The notes: generated by a model not told the origin, from the letters alone. A stretch of 20,456 nt of DNA from Amoeboaphelidium protococcarum X5 (GCA_023515725.1 JALDTO010000157.1:9919-30374); one strand, 5' to 3'; positions 11,524 to 20,456 are shown, numbered from the stretch's first letter. A program made the numbers and translations.

Positions 11524-11637
11524 GCAACGAAATCTTCACGAGCTTCGCTCATTCCGATTTCGGGAAAAGATGACGCAGCCGGGCGATTTCACGGAAATTG
11601 CCCGCTGCAGCGTGCAATTACCCATTAGAACCAACTT

Positions 11638-12004
11638 CAAGTACTGCCAAGCGGATAAGCCATTGGAACTGCTTATCCGTTTGGATCATGGGCGCACCCG
11701 GCACCGTACGCCCTATCCTGGAGCCTTCCCTTACCTCGAAGGCTCACCCCAACTAGCTGATCGCTAGACAAAGCCTACAGTGACCAAGCCGAATCCAGAG
11801 GCCGTGGGTGCAGTCTTTAAGGGTGAGCACTAAGCATCTGGTATGCCACTACGAGTAGGCGCTTATCTGCACGAGTAACCGGTGCAGAGAGCTAAAGGCT
11901 AGAGCCACCGGTAAAGGTGTCTCCGACGAGTTCCCAATCGTCTACGGGGAAGCGAACAGTAGTACTTGCCGACCGATTAATCGATTAGGGGTACCTACCT
12001 CCCC
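11638..12004 (+). ncRNA. Candidate large structured RNA or structured mobile-element end, family unknown
   Basis: GC-richer island with a closing helix 11638-11647/11959-11968 and nested helices, including a 14-bp stem 11647-11660/11671-11684. G.U pairs favour the + strand. No convincing ORF. Confidence 0.5.
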
Positions 12005-12150
12005 GGTTATAAACAATGTAATATATTATAACATGAATATCATTCAGAGTAGAGATGCAGCGCAATTAGAAGATGTGGAGAGGCCAACAGCCGTGGATTG
12101 AATCAGAGTGCTTGCTCACTTAACTCGCATTTTGCAGTCAGCAATCTAAG

Positions 12151-12207
12151 GAGCCCAGAGAGCAATTGTGCCAATAATACACCATCTCAGAGCGCCGCAT
12201 ATAAGTC
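12151..12207 (-). pseudogene. Possible calponin-homology (CH) domain gene fragment with nonsense mutation
   Basis: Minus strand reads DLYAAL*DGVLLAQLLSGL, matching the CH signature DL..AL(R/K)DGV.L..L, with TGA at 12187-12189 where CGA (Arg) would fit. A GTAAGT...CTGTAG intron-like segment (12267-12321) lies just upstream. Confidence 0.4.
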
Positions 12208-12583
12208 GTGCTATAGAGGACTCATATAGGATACCCCAGAATACTGAGGAGTTTAAAAGGTGACTACTACAGTTATAGATAATATGAATTATGGTGAAAT
12301 AGGATAAAGTATTGTACTTACACAAATTTGCAGCAGTCATGTCATCATCAGACGCCAATTCATAACTAAGCTCTTTATTTCATATAAAGATTCCCATTTG
12401 ATGCTTGTAGCGCTTGGCTCCATGAGAGATCCAAAAGAGATGTATTACCAGTGAAGCTCATTATATCACAACGCTATTCACAATCAAGAATAGAAGATTA
12501 ACGCGCCATACCAGCCTTTTATGCACAACAACAGCTCACACTTGAGTCACTGATCTCACACCTGTGACATGCTCAACAACACA

Positions 12584-12603
12584 AGAGAGAGAGAGAGAGA
12601 GAA
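12584..12603. repeat. (AG)n microsatellite
   Basis: Uninterrupted agagag run of about 9-10 units in non-coding sequence downstream of the kinase. Confidence 0.9.
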
Positions 12604-13065
12604 AAGCGCGACGAAAACACAAAGGATATGAAACAAGCGTTGCAGCATAATTCTGAAACATACTCGAGGAACGCGTCTCTAACTATGTGTGAAAAAAAGA
12701 TGTACAGTACAGTAGTGTCTCTTGTGGAGCAAAGGCAACGCGTTACACGGTAAGAAACTCCATAAGAACAGTCGCCCGTCCACCTGCAGTACCACTTCTG
12801 TGCCTTGAAAAGACAGCCAACAACTTGAAAAGAAACGGGTGAAACGATAACTGAAAAAGGTAATAATAATGATATATAAAGAGGTAAATAACTCTATTGA
12901 TCTTGATTTTTATACAACTCGACTATACATCGCGTCACATTTCTTATATCTTCTACTATATACAATACTATTGCAGTTACACACACACATATAACACCAT
13001 TCCGAGGTCATTGGGGGACTAAATCAGCAGATACTTTTACCTAACCTTCATCAAGTCAGTGTCAC

Positions 13066-14736
13066 TCACTAGGCACCTGGATGACCAAACCATGGATGTG
13101 ACAGTACTTGGTCAATACTCGGTCTATGTACTGGATCACAGCAAAGCATCCACTGCACCAAATCTCGCACCAGAGTCTGAGGGAAACCGGTATCAGAGCT
13201 GACTTCAAATACACAAGGACCATTGGGGACGTAATGTGCCTCATCGAAATTATCCGGCAAATCTCCATAATTCATCTCATACAACATCATGCCCATCGCA
13301 TAAATGTCAGCTTCAGGACCAATAAAGGTCATACCAGACCGTACCTCGGGCGGAGAGAAGATTGGAGTGCCATAAGATTTGAACGGGCGTATTCCAGGAT
13401 TCTCAATAGGTGTTTAATAGAATGCAGCATGTCCAAAGTCTATAAGCTTCGCCGTGAGATCAGCATCAACCAGAACATTCTCATCTTTCAGATCCTTGTG
13501 CGTAATGCCACAGTGATGGAGTGAGGCTACAGACTCTGCAATCTAGTAGAATATCCTCTTCTATACCGGCTCGGGCAGCACAGGACCACGATGTCGACCG
13601 CGGCGACAAGTCTTACTAAAGCCACCACAGACTCTCAACAAGCCAGCAAGACTTTAATCATTACCATTACGAGGTATAATCACACGCTACTCAGGCATGT
13701 TCAGCTAGCCAGAGTTGAGCACTAGACGATCAAACTCGGAGATCCTAGAGGCAGACAGAGATGTTGGCATCTTATGATTCGGCAAGAACAACCTAGTCAA
13801 TACAGCAGGCAGCTTAGTCAGCGGATCCAATGATTCTCGATTCCAAGCATAACCACCGCACTCAGTCACCAGGAACCAGCATTCATTGCCCTCCCAGGAA
13901 TCGATGTACTTGATAATGTTCAAATGCTAAGGAGCATACTTCAACAGAGCAATCTCAAGGCAACTAGGCTCTCCCGTACGAGGATCCTTACACAATCTAG
14001 AACTGTGGATCTGGCTTTTACGCATAATCTTAATGGCAACCTTCTGGCCATCGGAACATCTAATGCCCTAAACAACTATACCAAACGTTCCATAGCCAAG
14101 CAGCATTGTCAGACAGTAGTCATTAACATGACGATCTGAGATGATACACCGGGCTAGCAGAGCTTTAGCTTCATCCACACATCTCCTTTCATGCTTGGCA
14201 TCTTCGTCTTCCTCCTCAACATCAGCAGCGGCGGCACTATCAAACATGGAATCTCTATTGCATGTGGCATCATGAGCACTCGGCATAGCTTCTGACTACT
14301 ACTGCTACTACTACATCTGCGTATTGTCAGTCAAAGGGCCAACATGAAATATAGTCTTGGGAGTGGATGGCATGTCATTTTCAGCCGAGAGATCCAAAAT
14401 CTATTGCCAATCCTAACGATCATTCAATGAAGGGAAGCGAGGCAAATCTTTAGGCGTTCGCTGTGTGGACTCATCAGACTCGGTGATGGACATGTGCAGT
14501 GAAGGCAGGGTGAGACCAGATGCATCAGACAAGGTTCGCTACCGAATCTCTTCCTCTGAGGACGGCGATACCAGGGATTGGGTAGACTACTTGGGGGACT
14601 CCACCATGCTGGACAGGGACGGCACTTGATATGTGGGACCATTCAGGACTTCCTGGAAGCTGTCAACATTATCATCGTCGGAGGTTTGCGGTGGCGAGGT
14701 ACGACTGTCGGAGGACTGCCCTGCTGCGCCTTTCAT
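13066..14736 (-). CDS. Ser/Thr protein kinase, CAMK group, PASK/PIM-like (556 aa)
   Basis: LGYGTFGIVV, VAIKIMRK, HKDLKDENVLVD, KLIDFGH, YGTPIFSAPE, GPEADIYAMGMMLYEM, HRPSIDQVLSHPWF. The track fragments 14068-14286, 13705-13923 and 13069-13332 share one frame from ATG 14736 to TGA 13066-13068. The KDEN catalytic loop is typical of PASK/PIM. Confidence 0.93.
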
Positions 14737-16076
14737 ATATTTGGGGATCCAACTCAATTAAAGCATTCTCATTTTATAGTATTTTACAATTCTGCAAACT
14801 CTTATCGGTACTAATTAGGAAGGAGCAACGAGTGGAGTAGGGATAAGTTAGCGGCGGCTACACAATTAATTATGACGCAAGTGTCAAGAGTCACCTTTGT
14901 TTGTTTCCCTTTGTTTGTTCGTTTGTTCGAGGACTGAAAGGCAATCGGGCCACGTCAGTCAAAGTTGCAGATAATTACGGTTGGCTTTGTGGGAATACAG
15001 TTGGATGAAAATGATGAGCTAAGCCTCATTTGTAATATTGGGAACCTGCTTACGGTTATTCACATTGAAAATGATCTAATCAGGGGTCATCTTCGGGTGT
15101 CGTGATTGTGCCGGCAAGTGGGATGTACCAGTTCAACTGGACAATAACACCCTGGACTTTTGGTATGCTGCCTCATACTGGATGCTGAATGTGATTTTCA
15201 ATTTTGTTTCTTTTAATTGCTTTTGTTTTCAATAAAGTACCGATAATAAGTGGAATCTGTGATGTAATTCGACTGACGCAACAACTGCGCCGTTCATCTG
15301 TATTACTTAAGCCACCACAGAACGTCACCAGGCCATCAACGGCTCACTAAGTGACTGAATGCACTAGACACGATTTCATGGCTATATGAATCATTAAAGT
15401 AAATGTATGGCTTATTCTCAGTGTGTTAAACTGCATTTACTTTCACCTTGGTGATATTTTTCATTTCGGTACACGATGTCGGTGCGCAATCATCCTCGGG
15501 CGAGCCGAAGTTCGGGAAATCGCCGCGTCACCGTCGGCTGTGGAGTAATGAATCCTTCAATGACTAACATTCGGCTTAGATTCACGCCCGATAGAGAAGA
15601 AATTTTGGTGGCTGAATGGTAGTTGACAAGAGTTGTTGCTACTAGTTGGCTTTTCACAAAGCGTCACTCTTACTGCATTAACAATAGACGTTTTCTGACA
15701 TGTACTGTACAGCGCGCACCGACACCCTTTACCGATTACTAAGAGTTTTTTTTTAGCATTGATGATCTTTTCTAAATTCAAGTTCAGAATTACTTCGACG
15801 CACATAGGCAGTGTAACCGCGGTGTAACCTCAGATGATCTATTATGCAACACAAGCTTTTAATCATCAAATCGTATGTTGCTAAATCAGAACTTCTGATC
15901 AAAGCGTGCCGTTTAGGGAAACGTTACGCGCCTGGCTGATTGGACAATAAGGATCACAGGTAACCTTTAAACAAGCAGCACAAGTTGCTACGGTAACTTG
16001 ACGATTTATTATAGTTATTGGCCATGGACAGTCACTCCTCATCCTCAAGCAGATTCACTATATAACAGGGACAACA

Positions 16077-16709
16077 ATGGACACATAGAAACCTAATACT
16101 ATATCTACTACTTTCGATATCTGCGACAGCGATCAAGACGCTAACTCGTAACTGGTTTAATCCAAAAAACTGGATGATATACTTATCATGATGCATGAGG
16201 ATGATGAATTCGATGAAGACAGTGATACTCAGCTGACAGTGTCAACAACTACCATGTCCTCTAGCTTCTATCGACGACGTCAAATGTCGAATAACTCAAT
16301 GGTTGACGGCTCGGTGATTTCTGACCTCACTCGATCAATGTCCGCCGCGTCTACAGAGGCGCAGTCGTTGTGCACCTCCGATGATACAGATGACGAGCAA
16401 TTCAGATTCCTCACTCTGTAGAGGAGCTAAAGTGTAAGCGGATCCCCTCTGGCTAATCCTAGAAATAAGTACGTGGAATCTTCTGACTCTGTTGAACCGG
16501 TTGTCACACTTCCTCGTCGCTCATCACACAAGACTCATAGGCGCCAGCCAAGTATGCACTTCCACCCGCTCACTGGCATTAGAAGGCTTAGCTCTCTCGA
16601 TGAAGATGTAACGCGTACTCCTATTGAAGCGACTGGTATGTATGATAGCTACTGCGCTCCTCGATCGCCCTCTATAAGTCTGTTCCGAATGATTAAATCT
16701 AAAAAGTGA
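16077..16709 (+). CDS. Uncharacterised Ser/Asp/Arg-rich, probably disordered protein (210 aa)
   Basis: ATG 16077 (acaATGg) is in frame with track ORFs 16188 and 16473 when TAR=Gln. Ends TGA 16707-16709. Several RRxS-type motifs (RRQMS, RRSS, RRQPS, RRLSS). Confidence 0.75.
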
Positions 16710-16758
16710 TCAAGGTGTTGATGAAACCTCTAATAGATATCTTTCATATCAATTCAAC

Positions 16759-17506
16759 TCATAGTCGAGTGCTTTTATGATCTTTCATAAACGGGTCATC
16801 AAAGTGACAATCTTTAAAACATTACATGCAATAACAATCCCCATCACACGATTTACAACGTACAGAGGCATTATCGCTGCAAATAACGCATTCTTTTATC
16901 ACTCTACTTCCTTTCGTCTTCTGTGTAGGTGGTCCTGATTCTGTTAATGCACGGGGTTGTTGTTACTCATCAACAGCCTTCTGCGTGGATTCAGTACCTC
17001 TGACAGTTTAGGCTTCATTGAGGACCTTCTGAACTAGTGGATCCTGCTGTAAGTTCTCAAATCGCTCCATAAATTTAGCATCCTAATCATTTACAAAGTT
17101 CTGGGTTTCTTGCTCCAAATAAATTTACTGATTAACCTGCTCCATAATCTAATCAACTTCTGCATCTTCATTCATTAATCTTTATTCACCAAAAACTTGC
17201 GCTCTAATCTCTTGATAAAGCTGATGTCCAACATTCCCTTAATGTCGAATAGGTGCTATTTCTTAGTAACTAGATTAAAATTGATTCCCTGCTCCTTTCT
17301 AATGAACGTACGGCTTGGCGCCAGATATTTACTCAAATCTCTTCATCAAAGACTCTCTACACCTGGACAATACAAAATGCAATCTGATTGCTAAAAAAAT
17401 TTGACACTTACTCATCCACTTTGCTAGCTCTAGCTGATCCATCTTATAGTTCATTTTAGAGCTATCTGAATCGCCTCTCTAAATCATTATCGTCAGATCG
17501 ATCCAT
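16759..17506 (-). CDS. ZFYVE19/ANCHR-like protein with C-terminal B-box-type zinc finger (232 aa; exons 17506-17412 and 17362-16759)
   Basis: C-terminus CVICSDNASVRCKSCDGDCYCMQCFKDCHFDDPFMKDHKS matches the ANCHR C-terminal CxICxxDAxxRCxxCDGDxxCxxCFxxxH...H pattern. Splicing a 49-nt intron joins the frames (95 + 604 = 699 nt). No FYVE domain seen. Confidence 0.8.
17363..17411 (-). other. 49-nt spliceosomal intron
   Basis: GTAAGT donor at 17411-17406 and pyrimidine-rich ttgtcCAG acceptor at 17363. Unspliced reading hits TGA; spliced reading gives KVDE-CRESLMKRFEQISG. Confidence 0.8.
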
Positions 17507-17680
17507 TGTTGTTGCTGAGAGTATTCACTTAAGTAGAAAGAAGCTGTTAAAACAACTGTCAAATGTAATCGTAGATCAAATTAAAGGGAAATTAGACAGG
17601 TAAAAGTGTACATTAACTTATTTATTTCTTTGTAGAGTCACTTTACAACTGACAGTAGAGAATAGTGAGGAGAAGTATTA

Positions 17681-18274
17681 TCAGAAATCATCAATGCCAT
17701 CCACGCCGGGACCATGAACATTCTGATTGTCTAAAAACCTATTACGCGGCGCCCAAGTGATTCTCTTCTCACGGAATTTCTCAGATGGAGCCAACTGCCA
17801 CTTACGGAGACCCCAGATGGCACCGGCAAATATAAACGCACCTCCAATGACACAGCAGCAGATGATTATGATCGTAGTTGTGCTGACTGCACCGCCACTA
17901 CCTTGCTTGTTATCTTCATTCTCTCTTCTCACATTAGACGCGCCGTCAGTTGGGAATGGCACAGCATCCGACGTTGAAGATGAGCTTGGCGATGATGACG
18001 ATGGCGAGGAAGGAGACGGAGATGGAGGAGGCTGCGGAGAGGACGGAGATGGAGGCGGTTGCGATGGAGGATTGTTCTACTCATCCGAAGGAGGAGGAGG
18101 CGGCGGCGGAGGACTTGGTGAACGATCAGGAGGTGGTGGTGGGGAAGGCGAGTCTGATGGCGGTGGTGGTGAAGGATTAGGTGGCGGTGGTGCTGGATTT
18201 GTATTGTTTCTACGTTGCGCAGCCACCATAGAGACAAGCAGTATAGCCAGAAATATCCATTGTACAAACTTCAT
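17681..18274 (-). CDS. Proline/serine-rich (extensin-like) type I membrane protein (197 aa)
   Basis: Track ORFs 18077-18274 and 17681-17962 join through TAG=Gln (594 nt). Signal peptide MKFVQWIFLAILLVSMVAA, SPPPP-type repeats, Ser-rich stalk, TM TIIIICCCVIGGAFIFAGAIWGL, basic juxtamembrane RKWQLAPSEKFREKR. Confidence 0.88.
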
Positions 18275-19447
18275 CTTTAAAATAAATCAATCTTCTGATA
18301 TACGGTTGTGTTGATTATGATAAATGTACCAGTAAATTATAAAAATCGATTAAAAGAATTAGCCATTAACTGCCACGACTTAATCTAATGCCAGGTAACG
18401 ATTGATCAAAATGGTGACCAATCAGAGCGCTGTGATCATCTCGACGCGTGAGCATTGGCTGGCTCCAGCAAAGATGCTACGCTGCGAAACACGAATCGTT
18501 GACCTCGTAAGTTTCATTATAAGGGATTAATGCTTGGCAAATGATGCACCGGTTACATTTTCCAGTGATAACTTGCATGAAAGTTGAGTTTCCATCTATA
18601 ATCATTGCAAAATGAAAAGTCTGTTTATTAACAAACACTAGTCGCTGCGACACACTACCTACTGAAACGCTCCTTAATGATCAATTGGTCACTTATGCCA
18701 TCACTAACACGTCGTAACATGGCGACTGCCAGTGCACACAAGGTCAGGTGAGGGTTGGCCATAGAGCTACGGGTGCAGAATTGCCACAATTCACATGCCT
18801 GCAGAAAAGACCACTGAGGATCTACCCACATTGCGTTAGACTGTACAACCAGAGAGGCATCCGCAACCCAAGTAGGACTGATCGCCTCTAACACCCCAGC
18901 AGAAGAGATGTATTTATCAGCTTTCTCGATATCCTAGTAGAGGATCCAAGTTAAAAAGGCGCATAAAACGTGCGCAGTAGATGACGGCCACTGACTCCTC
19001 CCACCAACATCAGCAGACATGCCAGCAATTTAGACACAAACTAAATATATTGATCCACTCCGGCCAAAAACAAAGAGGCTTAGACGAGCTTTGCAACGCG
19101 GTTATAATCCTAACTTGATAATACGTTGTCGTCAGATTCGACAGTCTCTTTATATCACGATTCAGAATACCTTAATCCGTCAGGTTCATACTGATCAGCA
19201 CGGTATCACAATTTAGTAAAGCAGGCAGCAGTGATTCCGTTTCGAGGTGAGGCAACTTACCAAAAAACTCTTACACCACGAAGATCTTCTTGCATGCATT
19301 CGTATCCAATCTGACAAGTATCGCCGCGTTACACGCAACATTGAAACAAGAGCCACGAACAAGAGGTAAGACAGAACCCTGCTTTTAGGGAGGATGAACG
19401 CCAGAGTCATGTGCAAGAGATTGAGTGGAAACTTAATCGGAGTAATG

Positions 19448-20456
19448 AGTGTTCTACATTTGCGGTTACTTTTAAATGAAAGCGGAGACTCGAATATACT
19501 AGAAAAGTGTGATTAAAAGCAGCCAAATCTTATTTTATCGCTTTAGTGAATGCCCCACACTTTGTGTGGTGTTTCGCTAAAGTACATCACACCTTGTGTG
19601 GTATGAGTATTTTCCAAGCGAGAACTGTTCTGCATTTGCGGTTACTTTTAAATGAAAGAGGAGACTCGAATATACTAGAAAAGTGTTATTTCATGCTGCT
19701 AAATCTTATTTTATCGCTTTAGTGAATGCCTCACACTTTGTGTGGTGTTTCGCTAAAGTACATCACACCTTGTGTGGTATGAATATTTTCCCAGCGAGAA
19801 GTGTTCTGCACTTGCGGTTACTTTTAAATGATAGGGAGGTTCGAGTATACTAGAAAAGTGTAAATTAATGCAGCTAAATCTTATTTTATCGCTTTAGTGA
19901 ATGCATCACACTTTGTGTGGTGTTTCGCACAAGTGTATCACACCTTGTGTGGAATGAGTATTTTCCAAGCGAGAACTGTTCTGCATTTGCGGTTACTTTT
20001 AAATGAAAGAGGAGACTCGAATATACTAGAAAAGTGTAAATTAATGCTGCTAAATCTTATTTTATCGCTTTTAGTCAATGCCTCACACCTTGTGAGGTGT
20101 TTCGCAGAAGTGTATCACACCTTGTGTGGTATGAGTATTTTCTCAGAGAGTCGTGTTCTGCACTTGCGGTTACTTTTAAATGAAAGAGGAGACTCGAATA
20201 TACTAGAAAAGTGTTATTTCATGCTGCTAAATCTTATTTTATCGCTTTAGTGAATGCCTCACACTTTGTGTGGTGTTTCGCTAAAGTACATCACACCTTG
20301 TGTGGTATGAATATTTTCTCAGAGAGTAGTGTTCTGCATTTGCGGTTACTTTTAAATGAAAGAGGAGACTCGAATATACTAGAAAAGTGTAATTTAATGC
20401 AGCTAAATCTTATTTTATCGCTTTAGTGAATGCCTCACACTTTGTGTGGTGTTTCG
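19448..20456. repeat. 176-bp tandem satellite, about 5.7 copies visible, running off the window end
   Basis: The anchor gcggttac recurs at 19462, 19638, 19814, 19989, 20166 and 20342 (spacings 176, 176, 175, 177, 176). Copies are similar but carry scattered substitutions. Confidence 0.97.

Larger units (their letters stand above)
10668..11622 (+). mobile_element. Decayed, internally deleted Crypton-like DNA element (tyrosine recombinase family); boundaries approximate
   Basis: Carries a truncated Crypton/DUF3504-like coding remnant and a 19-bp imperfect inverted repeat (11363-11381 vs 11604-11622, 16/19) enclosing three palindromic repeats. Similar gccg..ggc..ttt..aattgcccg motifs occur at 10668-10696 and 11578-11604. 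Confidence 0.6.

Noticed and set aside
11324-11767. 147-aa ORF in the track
   Set aside because: Non-ATG start; it translates the palindromic repeats (THYVRAIL twice) and has no recognisable domain.
11800-11830. Resemblance of ggccgtgggtgcagtctttaagggtgag to the 5' part of group IIC introns
   Set aside because: No GUGYG start at the right place and no proper domain V/VI found; treated as a chance match pending a covariance-model search.
11901-11960. Hammerhead-like core (ccgacga...gaac)
   Set aside because: CUGANGA and GAAA are both mismatched and there is no NUH cleavage site with a stem III.
1876-14736. Multiple pseudogenes or assembly errors implied by in-frame TAA/TAG
   Set aside because: The stops are only TAR, frames are preserved and TAR falls on conserved Gln positions, so this is recoding, not decay.
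17727-18314. 195-aa Gly-rich + strand ORF and His/Arg-rich ORF 17929-18267
   Set aside because: Antisense and alternate-frame shadows of the Pro-rich membrane protein gene.
19378-19410. LLLGRMNARV resembling the LINE endonuclease motif LGD(F/M)NA
   Set aside because: The catalytic Asp is absent, the codon is three changes away, and no other endonuclease motifs were found.
19560-19600. Retrozyme/hammerhead in the satellite (minus strand gtgatgt...cgaaac)
   Set aside because: Core deviates from CUGANGA, stem II does not pair and no GUC/GUA site follows.
19897-20426. ORFs within the satellite
   Set aside because: The 176-bp unit is not a multiple of 3 and indels shift frames; these are repeat artefacts.

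Overview
Gene-dense, nearly intronless eukaryotic DNA in which TAA and TAG encode Gln and only TGA is a stop (translation table 6). The supplied standard-code ORF track therefore fragments almost every gene. Re-read with this code, the window holds: the 3' end of ribosomal protein uL2, two orphan type I membrane proteins (one extensin-like), ALG7/DPAGT1, a Cdc11/Nud1-like LRR scaffold, GINS PSF1, CTF18, a PASK/PIM-like kinase, a disordered S/D-rich protein and a ZFYVE19/ANCHR-like B-box protein with a 49-nt intron. Fungal-like proteins plus TAR=Gln suggest an aphelid such as Amoeboaphelidium protococcarum (inference). The accessory block at about 10.67-12.46 kb is the most interesting part. 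It contains a decayed Crypton-like (tyrosine-recombinase family) element whose right end carries three palindromic arm-spacer-arm sites. Next comes an unexplained ~370-nt, highly base-paired multibranch element with G.U pairs favouring a + strand RNA, then a possible calponin-homology pseudogene fragment. The window ends in a 176-bp tandem satellite with built-in hairpins. All translation and folding was done by eye; no database searches were run.
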